DNA from: a virus
Taxonomy: Duplodnaviria; Caudoviricetes
Reading direction: 5' to 3' (one strand)
Virus record (IMG/VR): IMGVR_UViG_3300006046_000008
Coordinates: 1-49,624 of that record
DNA length: 49,624 nucleotides
The notes under the pieces were generated by a model. That model searched no databases, was not told the origin of the DNA, and saw only the letters and a list, made by a program, of their open reading frames with translations. The position numbers and the translations under genes are program-made. Positions 26,601-36,094 of this stretch are shown piece after piece. How positions within the stretch are numbered: the stretch's first letter is position 1; each line of letters begins with the position of its first letter.

Positions 26601-26792
26601 CTGCAGATATGGAACCTCTTTCCCGCCCGCCAGCTCTCCTGCTGCGACCAGAGGATCGTAGACTAGTCCCTTCAATAGATGTCCTGGGTATGGTAGAGGC
26701 TCTTGGGAACTCGCATAGCGTTTCCTTCGTACCCCCTCCGCAGTAGCTTCTCCCTGCGCAACCCAGGCATTCAGCAGCCGCATTAGATCCAT
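23646..26792 (-). CDS. large polyvalent virion-associated protein: PI3K/HipA-like kinase domain + Pro-rich linker + C-terminal ART-PolyVal-like ADP-ribosyltransferase
   Basis: GGSTGA..K..NE.IA..LY...DALLANWDV.G..NI..RIDPGG.L.FRAQG; FYRG...F....IF.S.SP..A..Y...Y...NPNQVRS.YAAFDP....DLLA. Confidence 0.7.
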   Translation of the reverse strand: MDLMRLLNAWVAQGEATAEGVRRKRYASSQEPLPYPGHLLKGLVYDPLVAAGELAGGKEVPYLQQDLTRNVSEGYFGLGEPFQESFYAGELDPRYVEKVADVAMNLDMPGIGKGAIGAAAGAPMPDMNQVNINPFPTNHLGNPELFKEVPGSHLGGSTGAKLMQDKAILPNQYVFKAGASPEHVNEELIADDLYRAMQFPHPETYLADIGGVEHRISPFVKGRNYPDLGPMEKNVADQRLRDQFLGDALLANWDVAGGSKWPNIIIEPGTLQPLRIDPGGALRFRAQGGPKGAAFEKNAVPELQSMQKYATANMLPDDLQHQYGQYISPNEVEIMKAVGHDPELEDIMGGRLGALKTQFGKGTAGSLPPTSQLTPPPAPTNFLQPGSNALSSPAPPANAPLQSGVSYGIPTSGPKTAPAPLTPSLPNPAQLPITQGNNNYLSQYGLPPPPPSPAPPMSNVHMGSYTDFLAQHNLQDDNNNWLDYVLNKPPGHHAGQIASGAPPAPAAANPNAQVPFSQGNPDYADWLQKYGAIDIPENAEDWANGWSPGTTMAHGGNFPAPEWHPAKAEYDKLVQYFVKGGEPMPAAQNYAADAIDNPHNWPTTLKSAKVDINTLKAGLAIHPSTGEIIPAGAYIPPQHTTSFNAPSSSYPSPAINTAPFKPTSPPQLLRPGGKFDWEGDFDKLANWIAGTGLNVKDPKEWANVSSLAQTMVEHPGTYTGEATKAGINLRGLGQADPGEIEWTVQNRKRVAAGNAPYAHSRQDVHTEPGWATHQYRSQYNSPLYTGGDEWNRLMNAGYNANLDFDKDIIAAIKPSNPEAVKRQAQLNMLDQLPRDWQQSLAHEPYVPHAVKQSDPDWKQNLPTDLQSAMTPERYANAMAGGFDPRLFYRGAPYPYRRFLDPSGKPGSPYIFQSESPTIAGYYGSKYVYPEALRFGNTEITDVGGRSYGSPTMWLEHMAQGGRQKGLESMQIQNMYDAGGQQTQYLIGNPNQVRSPYAAFDPNRLHEPDLLAARVGGINPFAGQQDEEQPLFPWLPVPTSPPARARPRA

Positions 26793-26795
26793 TTG

Positions 26796-27968
26796 CTACA
26801 CCCTCGTGATGCGGATGTTGTAGAGGTCTTGAATATTAGTCCCGTCCAAGGGGATGTTTCCTATATTATTATCAACCATACCCTTGTTGATATTCCAAGT
26901 CCCAAGCACATCAGCCCCAGCTAGATTGATCGCACTTGACCACATTTTCCAGCCATTTACGTCAAAGACAACTGGAGTAGGAGACCATGTTCCACCAACA
27001 GTTCCAGTCGCACCCGTCGATGTATTATACCAAGCAGAAACACTGCCTACAGTTATTGATATGGGAGCCTGGCGAATCCATGCAGCGCCGCTCTGCGTTT
27101 TCGCTGTTATGTGGATCTTATTAACTCCGTTGAAAAACGAAAATGGACCACAGCTAAACACCACCTGATTAGTCCCACCAGCAGCGTTGTCAACAAATCT
27201 CACTGCATTCGTACCACCGTGCGGATCAGCGATATTTGTGCCAAAAGGGCCACAGCCAGTAGATACACCCAGTCCAGTAGCCAGCCCATTAGTAGCAAAG
27301 CTAGCCATCAGCGTATCAGTAGTGAAGCTGGCACTGGCAACAGCACTGTAGATTGGCGCTCCTAGCTTATGCGTCATGTATATTGTGTAGGAAGTAACCG
27401 CAGTCAGTCCCCTTAGAAGTATATTCTTTACTCCACTGGAACTGATCACCACATTATTGCTAGAAGTCGCCGCAGTCCCCGCTCCATCCGTCCCAGCAGC
27501 AATTTGCGCCCCACTCGGAGCTGGCGCTCCACTCGGCACCACCACTGCATAAAGCGTCCCTGTGATGCCGTCAGTAGTTGCTCGCGCCCAGACGAAGATG
27601 TCGGAGAAATCTATGGCACTCACCGCGCTTAGCGTCGGAATAGCAGTCACCGGGCCGAGCGTATTACTAAGGGCATTGTGAGCAGTAGGTCCATCGGCAT
27701 TCTCAGCATAGACTTCCCACTGCATCATCTTCCCAACATCAGCGAGGGTTAGCACATAGCTATTTGAATTAGCTCCTGCAATCCCCACTCCATCTCGAGC
27801 ACCTTGATAGTAGTATGTGATTGGAGTTAGCCCAGTCCAAACCCCTGTGGTGCAGCTTATCGTCTGGCCAACTGTAGGTATTCCAGAGAGCACCGGAGCC
27901 ACAGTATTCACAGGGCGCTTCTTATGCTTCCCCATGCGGCCATAGGATCTACCCCTTATCGCTAGCAT
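26796..27968 (-). CDS. Ig-like domain structural/decoration or fibre protein
   Basis: NT.APV.SG...VGQT.SC..G.W....TY.YQ..RDG..I.GA....Y.L...DVG Ig-like repeat; Thr/Gly-rich beta domains. Confidence 0.7.
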   Translation of the reverse strand: MLAIRGRSYGRMGKHKKRPVNTVAPVLSGIPTVGQTISCTTGVWTGLTPITYYYQGARDGVGIAGANSNSYVLTLADVGKMMQWEVYAENADGPTAHNALSNTLGPVTAIPTLSAVSAIDFSDIFVWARATTDGITGTLYAVVVPSGAPAPSGAQIAAGTDGAGTAATSSNNVVISSSGVKNILLRGLTAVTSYTIYMTHKLGAPIYSAVASASFTTDTLMASFATNGLATGLGVSTGCGPFGTNIADPHGGTNAVRFVDNAAGGTNQVVFSCGPFSFFNGVNKIHITAKTQSGAAWIRQAPISITVGSVSAWYNTSTGATGTVGGTWSPTPVVFDVNGWKMWSSAINLAGADVLGTWNINKGMVDNNIGNIPLDGTNIQDLYNIRITRV

Positions 27969-28017
27969 CTTTTTGGCTCCTGATGGGCGTTTTCACAAAG
28001 CGAAGAAGCCCACATAA

Positions 28018-31000
28018 CTATTGCCCCAACACATTCATCGCTGGCGCGATCAGCTCGGGTGAGAAGGTCCGCTCGAGAAGCGGCTCGGCAGCCAGTTGTC
28101 CTCGCGTCTGCGCGGAATGCAGCACCCTACCAGGGTCTAGCCCCCATGCAGTAGCTTGCATATAAATCTCACTCATGGCGTCCCCATCCCCTCGCTCCAT
28201 CGCCTCAGCGAACGCCTTTCCTAGCTCACTTACCAGTGCATTAGCTTTATCTCTCTTCCTGAATAATGTGTCTGCAATAGCCATTGCCTTGTCTAGCTCC
28301 AGCGGATTGAACTTCAGCCCATACAGAACACGATCGGTGATTGACACATTGCTGATTAACGGATATCCAGAGGAGAGAGAATTAATCACATCCTCTCCAG
28401 AGGCCGCCGCAGTAGCTCTCGCAATAGTAGCTGGTGCGAAGGCTTGCACTAGTGCATTCCACACAGCTGGTGTGGAACCTGGATGCTCGCCAGTGGCATG
28501 CCAGTGGTCATATGCATTCCCCGCAACTCTACCCATCGCCTGCATACGGGACCATAGCACGTTGGACCACAGCATAGAAGCATCTCTCTGTGGATTGGCG
28601 AAGGGACTGCTTGCTTGGGAATATAGCGAGATGCCAGTAAGTGCCGCTGGCATTCCAAACATCAGGGCGTCGGCAGGACCCTCACTTAGATTATCATAAG
28701 TTTGCTGGAGAATATCTTTATCTGTAAAGGCTTTAGAAAACCCATCTGCGATCCAATACAGCGGGGTGGCCGCCACCCCGCCAACAGCTGCGGTCCCCGC
28801 AGTTTGCCAGAACAGCGGCGCGACATTACCTTTTAGTGCCTGACCGGAGTATTCTAGCATAGCGGCCATGTAGTTCGCCATCCAGGTCTTAAATAGTCCC
28901 ATGGAAGAGCCAAAGGGACCAGTGAAAATTCTTGGCCGATCCGCTGTAGTATAGTTATACATTGTCTTCTCGGTAAACTCCTTCGCCCATTGGTATAACC
29001 GCTCTTCATCAACTATCCCCATCACATCCTTTCCTGTTAAATATCCAACTGTAAAGGCGTGCACTCTACTCATGCGTTCGGAATTAGCTGGCAACCAAGT
29101 TCCTAGCTCCTTCACCCAGGTAGCAAACCCGCCAGGACTGGAGATAGCAGCCCTCAGATCCTTGACCTTCGTAGCATTGAGACCGATGAACTCCTCTGCC
29201 ACCCTGGGCTGGGTGACACCCGCCGCGCCAGATCTAGCTATCAAACGCTGAAGCATCTCATCTGGATTTCCCATCATCCGGAAGGAGTTTACCAATATCT
29301 TCATTGGAGAGAGGAAAGCTAACGCTCCAACTGGTCCTCTTGTTCCACCCGCAAGAGCATGGCTGTAATGAGTTAAGTCCTTCATTGTAGCGCCGAGGAT
29401 CATAGCAACCTCGGGCACCACGGTCTGGATGAATGTAATAGCATTCATGATCGGATGGGCTACGTTGCCCATACCCAGGTGCCACAGGCTTAGCCCAGTA
29501 TTTGTCACACTTACTATCTTAGAGGCGCTATTTGGCCCAATCATCGGAGCGAGAACGCGATCCACAGCTTCGTTCTGCGCTTGCGAGAGTTTCCCCGGCT
29601 CACCTCGGAGATCTCGTAGTCTATCATTGAGAATGCGTGTAGTAGTCGGATCAATCTCATTTAATATCGCTCTCGGCTGCGCCAGCAGATCATCCACTCC
29701 CCTCTCCGCCTGCCACTTAAACTTCGCGGCATAGGCTTCTTGCCAGTGCTGCAGCAGCTCCTTCCTTACCACAGGGTCATGGTCCCACTTAAATCCTCTC
29801 AGCCCCTCTAGCCCGCCTCCCTTCTCCATAGTGGACTTTATAGCTGGACTAATCTGGATATCTTTCCCTCTCGCTCCCTTAGTCTTAGATATATCAACCT
29901 CTTCGGCGATATGCAGAGTAGGATCGCTCTCTATCAGCCTCTTCGCTTTCTCCTGCGCAGCCCGCTTATTCTTCGCAGATACTACGATCTTCGGAGCCCC
30001 CGTTTCATCAGCCAGCAGGATTCTCGGATCCCCCTCCCAGCGCCTTGTTAGCCCCAGATTGCCTACCGGGCGTGGAGAATATGGCAGCCCCAGTCCCTCG
30101 GTGATTGCCTGGTGATCTAGTTCTACCACATTCGCGAGTGCCTCGAGGCGGTCTGCCGCTTGGCGGGCTTCAGCACTCAGCACCCCTTCCGCCACCAGCG
30201 CATCATAGTTCGCCGGATCAACCAGATCATTGGATAGCTTCACCACCTGCTCCAGATGGCTATCACTCAGTGGCCCGGTGATGGAGCTAATGGAATCTAC
30301 CTCTGGATTGATTACTCCTTGGGATAGCGCCTCTCTGAAGAGATTGTGCTTGCCAGGGAGTAGCTGCCCATAGACTACTTGATGGGCGAGAGTATCAGCC
30401 TCATTGTGACCGAGCTTCGCGGTCATATAGACTTGCTGGGCGAGGCCTTGCTTTTTGAATTGCCCGCTAGCTGGCGCGAGATACTCTCTACTCCCATCCT
30501 TTACCGCTTGCACTAGCTCAGAAGAACTCTTCGTCAGCCCCTTTGGCACCAGTGCTGCAAGTGCATGAGGAGTAGCAACTGTCTCAAAGAACTCCTTTGG
30601 AAACATCTCATGGAACTTCCGCATCAGGCCGTAGATTCCACCAATCTCCAGCGGAGCGGCAGTGACATCCCAGGAGAGCTTTCCATTCACCAGTTCTTGC
30701 CAGGCCTTGTGCTTTGGTAGATACAGGCCTGGCATATCAGTCTTGAAGAGCACCCACCTGTCATTAACCTTACCTTCACCAAACTTCCCTTTAGTCTTCT
30801 TCGCCAGCACAAACATTCCATTCTCTTCTTTCCCCATCAGCCAGGAGAAGCCCATAGATTGCATCCCAGCTCTCAGCTCTTTATCTACATTAGCAGCCCG
30901 CTTCGCGACATTTGCATCATCTGTCAGCTTAGCAGTTTCCGCAACCAACTCCTCCATAGTGATTTTCTTAGCCAGGAACCTATCACTCAGATCCTTCATA

Positions 31001-31962
31001 ACCGCTGCTGCTTCTTCACCCCCTGTGGGTTGGAAGGTCAGTTCTCGGAAATACCGTCCTGTTTCGTCGAAGTTCTCAGGCAGGGAGTTCCACTTTGCAG
31101 CTTGACGCCACTCACTTTCAGAAGAGAAGCCGCGCTTCGCGCCCACTGCAAAGAAGCGCTTCGTTAGTAGTCCAGAATTCCCCTTCATATTGAAGAGGCT
31201 GTTTAGATATCTTGTCAGAGCTTCATTATTATTCACCTTCCCGATATAGTCATTCTGCTTCGGAGCCTCTTCCACTCTCGCCCGCTCACTGAGATCCTTA
31301 AGGCGATTATTCGCCGCACCCTGTTGTTCGATAGTTAGTGTCTTTCCCGCCAGCAGTTCTTTTAGCTTTCTCAACTGTAGAGGCGGCGGCGCAGCTAAAT
31401 CTAGATCAGGTATTGCGATTCGCCTCGCTCTAGTCCCTCCCGCTGCGATCGTCTTCGCCAGCCCACCTATTCCCGCGCTCAGCGTGAGGTCTAGTGCAGC
31501 AGAGCTAACCATATCGCCGAAACTTTGATCGGTGCCAGGAATAATTTGGCTCGCTGCAACTCTACCAACCTCGAAGGGCGCCAGTATCGCAGCTTCTTTA
31601 ATCGCCCCAGCGGCAAAGGGCGCCTTCTCTAGCCCTACAATCTTATCCACTACATTCATAGCGGTCTTGAATTTCCTCACTCCCCCCATCCAGGCAACAT
31701 AGGGCACCGCAGAGGAGGCAAATTGGCTAATCGTTCCGACCACAGGGTTCTCTTGCCGAAACTCTGTGGCGCCAGGAACTGTGTAGCCGACCAGCTCAGT
31801 AGCGCCAGAGAGGGCACTTGCAGCTAGCCCTTGGAGATACTTAAGTGTAGGATCCTGCCACTCACTTGGCGCAGCTACGCCGGGAGGTAGTATTTGCGGC
31901 GTAGCGCCAGGCGCTCCACCACCACCATAGGGAGTTAACGGAACTAGCGGCCTCATTGCCAC
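28018..31962 (-). CDS. large internal virion (ejection) protein
   Basis: 1314 aa, helical; last of three ejection-type genes after the tail nozzle. Confidence 0.7.
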   Translation of the reverse strand: MAMRPLVPLTPYGGGGAPGATPQILPPGVAAPSEWQDPTLKYLQGLAASALSGATELVGYTVPGATEFRQENPVVGTISQFASSAVPYVAWMGGVRKFKTAMNVVDKIVGLEKAPFAAGAIKEAAILAPFEVGRVAASQIIPGTDQSFGDMVSSAALDLTLSAGIGGLAKTIAAGGTRARRIAIPDLDLAAPPPLQLRKLKELLAGKTLTIEQQGAANNRLKDLSERARVEEAPKQNDYIGKVNNNEALTRYLNSLFNMKGNSGLLTKRFFAVGAKRGFSSESEWRQAAKWNSLPENFDETGRYFRELTFQPTGGEEAAAVMKDLSDRFLAKKITMEELVAETAKLTDDANVAKRAANVDKELRAGMQSMGFSWLMGKEENGMFVLAKKTKGKFGEGKVNDRWVLFKTDMPGLYLPKHKAWQELVNGKLSWDVTAAPLEIGGIYGLMRKFHEMFPKEFFETVATPHALAALVPKGLTKSSSELVQAVKDGSREYLAPASGQFKKQGLAQQVYMTAKLGHNEADTLAHQVVYGQLLPGKHNLFREALSQGVINPEVDSISSITGPLSDSHLEQVVKLSNDLVDPANYDALVAEGVLSAEARQAADRLEALANVVELDHQAITEGLGLPYSPRPVGNLGLTRRWEGDPRILLADETGAPKIVVSAKNKRAAQEKAKRLIESDPTLHIAEEVDISKTKGARGKDIQISPAIKSTMEKGGGLEGLRGFKWDHDPVVRKELLQHWQEAYAAKFKWQAERGVDDLLAQPRAILNEIDPTTTRILNDRLRDLRGEPGKLSQAQNEAVDRVLAPMIGPNSASKIVSVTNTGLSLWHLGMGNVAHPIMNAITFIQTVVPEVAMILGATMKDLTHYSHALAGGTRGPVGALAFLSPMKILVNSFRMMGNPDEMLQRLIARSGAAGVTQPRVAEEFIGLNATKVKDLRAAISSPGGFATWVKELGTWLPANSERMSRVHAFTVGYLTGKDVMGIVDEERLYQWAKEFTEKTMYNYTTADRPRIFTGPFGSSMGLFKTWMANYMAAMLEYSGQALKGNVAPLFWQTAGTAAVGGVAATPLYWIADGFSKAFTDKDILQQTYDNLSEGPADALMFGMPAALTGISLYSQASSPFANPQRDASMLWSNVLWSRMQAMGRVAGNAYDHWHATGEHPGSTPAVWNALVQAFAPATIARATAAASGEDVINSLSSGYPLISNVSITDRVLYGLKFNPLELDKAMAIADTLFRKRDKANALVSELGKAFAEAMERGDGDAMSEIYMQATAWGLDPGRVLHSAQTRGQLAAEPLLERTFSPELIAPAMNVLGQ

Positions 31963-31965
31963 TGC

Positions 31966-34497
31966 TTATTGTCCCCTTGTCAGTGCTATCGCCCCTGGGT
32001 TCTGCGCACCCGCAGCAGCTTGGAGCCAATCTTCACCCTGGTTATAGTAGGATTGCCAGAGCAGATTAGAAACAATATCATCTCTTATTCGCTTTGAAGC
32101 TTGCACATCTCCACTTCCACCCATTTGCCCCCTGGCCATTATCTTATTAGCCTCGTCTACAGCATTCTGATAGTTCTCTTGAAACACCGTAGCTCCCGCA
32201 CCACTCGCAACCACGTCCTCTAGTATCGCCTTTTTCAACCCAGTCTCGTCCTGCGAATCAATAAACTCTTGGTATCGCTGATTCAATCTAGCTGGCTCTC
32301 CATGCTTACCCTGGGCGATCTCAGCCCGGTATTTTAGCGCATCGGTAGTATTATCTCGCAGATCAACAATCTTGCCCAGGCTTCCATCGGGATTAACTTG
32401 CGCTACATAGTTCCCCATGAACTTCAATTCCCCTTGGGCTCCAGCCTTTGCGCCAAGCTGGTATTTGTAGAGATTCTCTCTATTAGCCTGGCGCGCGTTG
32501 AACTGGCCCAGCTTATTCTCCTGACCAACGCTAAACTCACTAGTTCTATTTATGAAGTCTGTCCGCTGATCATCAGTCATATTGGCCCACTGAGTCTCAG
32601 ATACTTTATTCTTTACATCAGCGGTGACATTCGCCTGGCTTTGGGCGTAGCCTGCCCTATCACCAGCATAAGCCTGCTGCTTCTCCTTGAAGGTCTCATT
32701 CTCCGCTCTCGCCCTCTCCTCCCCACTAGCTTTCCCACCCGCCGCACCAGCGCCGAGAGCAGCTATCAGCCTTCCAGTTCCACCTGGACCTCTAGTATCC
32801 ACACCAGCATTCGCGCTAGCAATCCCACTCAGTATTTGATTAAACATCATCTGACGCTGGGCAGCGGGATCTACAGGTTGTGGTGCGGCTCTATTCAGCC
32901 AGTCATTGGTGGCAGCATAATCTGGCCCAACTGGAAGAGGCCGATCCACAGGATTAGGTTGCGCTGGCGGCGCAGCTTGCTGGAAGCTCTCCGGAGCGGG
33001 TGGCAGCGGACCTTGGTTGAGCAGATTATAGATTTGCTGCGTGCTGTTTAATCTGTTGTTCCATCCAGAGACTGCAGTCGGATTGAACTGACCTGGGGCT
33101 CTGGAATAGCCCTGCGGGCGCTCAAAATGCAGCCCTGCTGCAGCAGCCCCATATGGGTCTTGCGCGGCGTGTAATTGCTGTCGGGCATAATTCTCACTAG
33201 TATTAAATTCATAGTCCAGAAATAGAGCCTCTGTAGTCGGGTCATTCGGATCTAGTCCGTTGGCTGTCGCCCACTGTTGACGCGCTAGTGCTCTCGGTCC
33301 GTGATGTTGGAAGAGACCGTGACTAGTCCCACTATCCCCCACCGCTCCGGGCTGGAAGCCGGTCTCACCACTGGATTGGCCTAGTATTCCCGCAATCTCC
33401 AGTGGAGAGTAGCCCATCGCCTGAAATTGCTGAGCCATCTCGAGCGCGGCAGGAGGTAGCGCGTTCCAATTGCCTGGCGCAGCTGGCACTGCATTTTGAC
33501 TTGGAGGAAGCGTCGACGCAGCCCCTGTGGTGCCAGCCACTGGAGCGGGCGTTGTGCCAGCAGCCTGTGCTGGCATTGTGCCTGGAGCGGCCACAGTCGG
33601 AGTGGGACTTGGAATGGAGCTTGGAGTGAGCTGTGGAGGAGGCTGTAAATGGAAGACCTTTTGTGGTGCAGCAGGTGGTTGGCTCGCCACCTCTTGCGCC
33701 TGCGCTACTGCTTGCTCCTCAGCTAATTGAACCCCAGGGGTGAATAGCTGATGAGCCAGCTTGAATGGCGCTCCAGCTATCGCATTCACTTCCCTCGCTG
33801 TGCGATCTATGGCTGTTCCTACCCCCTCGAAGACCTTATTACCAATCTCGCGCTGAGCATTACCGAACCAAGAGGGCACAGGACCATCCACAGGACCACC
33901 GCGAGGATCAGCTGGGCCACCAAAGGAGGAGAATTGCGGGCCTGTAGGGATCAAATTTTTCCACTGATCGGCGTAGCTTTGGGCTGGCAGCTGCGGCGGA
34001 GGAGAACCGTAGGGGGAGGCGGTAGCATGAGGAGAATTTGGAGCGATCAGCGGAGTTGGTTGGAACGTAGGATTGAGAGCAGCAGACTGGCTCTGGGCCC
34101 TAGTATTCTCAAACACCGCAGGGATATCAGGCCCAGCAGCTTGGAAATTAGTCAGCCCATAGGAGCTAGGTGGGACATTCCTTGGCCTAGCTGGCACTCC
34201 TGGAGCAGACGGCTCAGCAGCTTGCATTGGCGGAGGAGCTGGTGGAGCTGGCGCTGCGCGATTTGGGAAGGGGATATTAATTGGCGGGCTTGGCACTCCC
34301 GGCGCAGCTGGCTCAACAGCTTGCTGCACTGGAGGTCTATTTGGCAGCATCCCAGGAGCAGCCGCCTGTGGCAGCCCCCGACGCAACTCTTGCAGCGTTT
34401 GCAAATATGGAACTGGTGGGATACCAGGAGCAGGCGGCTCCATTTGGCGCCTCTTCTTGCGCCGGCCTAGTTCCCTCTCTAGTCTAGATGTCGCCAT
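31966..34497 (-). CDS. internal virion protein with phage tail lysozyme (Phage_lysozyme2-like) domain
   Basis: GYS...AGILG....E.GF.PGA.GD.G.S.GLFQ..G.R....F..YE....E......FERP at about 33050-33420; long Pro/Gln/Ala-rich flanks. Confidence 0.8.
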   Translation of the reverse strand: MATSRLERELGRRKKRRQMEPPAPGIPPVPYLQTLQELRRGLPQAAAPGMLPNRPPVQQAVEPAAPGVPSPPINIPFPNRAAPAPPAPPPMQAAEPSAPGVPARPRNVPPSSYGLTNFQAAGPDIPAVFENTRAQSQSAALNPTFQPTPLIAPNSPHATASPYGSPPPQLPAQSYADQWKNLIPTGPQFSSFGGPADPRGGPVDGPVPSWFGNAQREIGNKVFEGVGTAIDRTAREVNAIAGAPFKLAHQLFTPGVQLAEEQAVAQAQEVASQPPAAPQKVFHLQPPPQLTPSSIPSPTPTVAAPGTMPAQAAGTTPAPVAGTTGAASTLPPSQNAVPAAPGNWNALPPAALEMAQQFQAMGYSPLEIAGILGQSSGETGFQPGAVGDSGTSHGLFQHHGPRALARQQWATANGLDPNDPTTEALFLDYEFNTSENYARQQLHAAQDPYGAAAAGLHFERPQGYSRAPGQFNPTAVSGWNNRLNSTQQIYNLLNQGPLPPAPESFQQAAPPAQPNPVDRPLPVGPDYAATNDWLNRAAPQPVDPAAQRQMMFNQILSGIASANAGVDTRGPGGTGRLIAALGAGAAGGKASGEERARAENETFKEKQQAYAGDRAGYAQSQANVTADVKNKVSETQWANMTDDQRTDFINRTSEFSVGQENKLGQFNARQANRENLYKYQLGAKAGAQGELKFMGNYVAQVNPDGSLGKIVDLRDNTTDALKYRAEIAQGKHGEPARLNQRYQEFIDSQDETGLKKAILEDVVASGAGATVFQENYQNAVDEANKIMARGQMGGSGDVQASKRIRDDIVSNLLWQSYYNQGEDWLQAAAGAQNPGAIALTRGQ

Positions 34498-34513
34498 CTG
34501 CTTGCACCCCCTT

Positions 34514-35437
34514 CTAGCCCAAGAGGCCCGCTACACCACCCAGTATACCGCCAACAATCGCTCCTGGCCCACCACCCACAGTGGCTCCCAGACTGGCGCC
34601 GCCTACAGCGCCTTGTAGCGCACTCCCAACAATATTCTTCTTCTTAGATGGATCACTAGAAGTATCCGCATGGAATCCCCCTCCTGTCATAATCGACATA
34701 TATTCCTGCTGCCCTCTCCAATGGCTCTTTAGTTCATCTTCGAAGTGCTGGAGAGCATTATCTAGCTCAATCTGCTCCAGCTGGCGTAATATATCAGCAT
34801 TGGACATATGGAGCTTGGCTCGCTCAAACTCCATCACCTCAGCCACCTTTAGCAGCTCCACCCCTTGAGGCTGCATCCCGCGCTCTCTAGTATAATTTTC
34901 ATAGTAGATCCCAGTAGTAGCCCGCAGGGTTTCCCGAGAGAACCCTTCCAGGGCTCGATCTATAATGATATCCGTAGCGGTGCCAGAGTACGCTCCACTC
35001 TTCACCGCAATATCCAGCACCTGTGGTATCACATCCTCGAGCAGCGCACTCTCCGCCCTCTCCACCGCAGCATTAATTGAAGCCTGCAGGATTGGATTAG
35101 TACTTGGTTCGAGAAACTCTCCAGCTAGCGTCTTTCTACCCAATGTTCTAGTTCTAAGTGCATCATCATTCATCTGCTCCGCAGCATATACAATCTGGTC
35201 TCGCGCTAGGAGGTCGAATTCATTCTCCCCTGCGTGGAACTCCCCTGGGTAGGGATTCTTATCCGTATCATCGTAAGCAGTGTTGGCGAAATTATACAGC
35301 CGCTCGAAGTGATCCTTCGCTGCCTCCCACGGCTCAACCCTGGAAGTAACATCAGCATCGCCGGAGGAGCTACCGCCAAACCATAGGGCATATTGCAGCT
35401 CGGAGATGCATTCCTCAAGCCTCTGGTTGCGATACAT
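34514..35437 (-). CDS. DNA ejection/pilot protein
   Basis: N-terminal GGSSS...VEPW..A...Y; NP.LQ..I; C-terminal Gly-rich hydrophobic GAVGGASLGA...GAIVGGILGG. Confidence 0.7.
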   Translation of the reverse strand: MYRNQRLEECISELQYALWFGGSSSGDADVTSRVEPWEAAKDHFERLYNFANTAYDDTDKNPYPGEFHAGENEFDLLARDQIVYAAEQMNDDALRTRTLGRKTLAGEFLEPSTNPILQASINAAVERAESALLEDVIPQVLDIAVKSGAYSGTATDIIIDRALEGFSRETLRATTGIYYENYTRERGMQPQGVELLKVAEVMEFERAKLHMSNADILRQLEQIELDNALQHFEDELKSHWRGQQEYMSIMTGGGFHADTSSDPSKKKNIVGSALQGAVGGASLGATVGGGPGAIVGGILGGVAGLLG

Positions 35438-35846
35438 CAGGCACCTCCTTCATGAAGACACTAGCAACCAGCGGAAGCTCCGCTTCTTCTAGCCACTTTA
35501 TCATTCCAGGCCGTTGCACCCATCCTGTCACGGAATTGCAGCCCCCTTGGCGGGCCAGATTGAACAGCAGCTCTACCATCTCCTTCGGCTTCTTTACAAA
35601 GCCTGTACCAGCCATTCCCTCAACATAGAGGGTGCGGCCACCCCTAGCTGTAGCAATGACTTTAGTGATCAGCAATCCCCTCTCATCCCCCTCTGTGACC
35701 CGCCAAATCTGGAATAGCTCCTTCAGCGCACTCTCTACAATCTCAGCCGCACTGCGCTTATTATAGTCCCAATGGGAGAACTTGATTAGGTCTAGTTTAT
35801 CAGCTTCATCCAACTCTAGCGGCAGCACCCTGGTTATTTCAATCAT
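35415..35846 (-). CDS. acetyltransferase-fold virion assembly protein (T7 gp13-like position)
   Basis: Q.W......G..IT.......L.V..MAG.G......A...GC..V....RPG..K pattern; synteny. Confidence 0.6.
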   Translation of the reverse strand: MIEITRVLPLELDEADKLDLIKFSHWDYNKRSAAEIVESALKELFQIWRVTEGDERGLLITKVIATARGGRTLYVEGMAGTGFVKKPKEMVELLFNLARQGGCNSVTGWVQRPGMIKWLEEAELPLVASVFMKEVPDVSQPEA

Positions 35847-36094
35847 GCTGTGGCTCGAATTATCAGCGTGATTAGCACCCCAGCTGGCAAGAAGGGCTTT
35901 TCATTTGGAACCCTGAAATAGCCTTGTGGATCGCCCTGCATTCTATTATGCTTCAGCAGTTCGAAGAGGGTTGGAAACATCATCCCATCATAGCACTTTC
36001 CATCACAGGAGAGCCAGCCGTCAGGGATTGGCATGGACTTTAGTTGGCAGAGAACAGTTCCAATTCCCCCAACCGCATTAACATCTCCTATCAT
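35843..36094 (-). CDS. stand-alone phage tail collar domain protein
   Basis: IGTV......IPDGWL.CDG..Y....FP.LF.......F.VPN. Confidence 0.8.
   Translation of the reverse strand: MIGDVNAVGGIGTVLCQLKSMPIPDGWLSCDGKCYDGMMFPTLFELLKHNRMQGDPQGYFRVPNEKPFLPAGVLITLIIRATA

Noticed and set aside
28018-31962. Virion RNA polymerase (N4-like)
   Set aside because: No RNAP motif A/B/C or DxDGD recognised; size and position fit an ordinary ejection protein.
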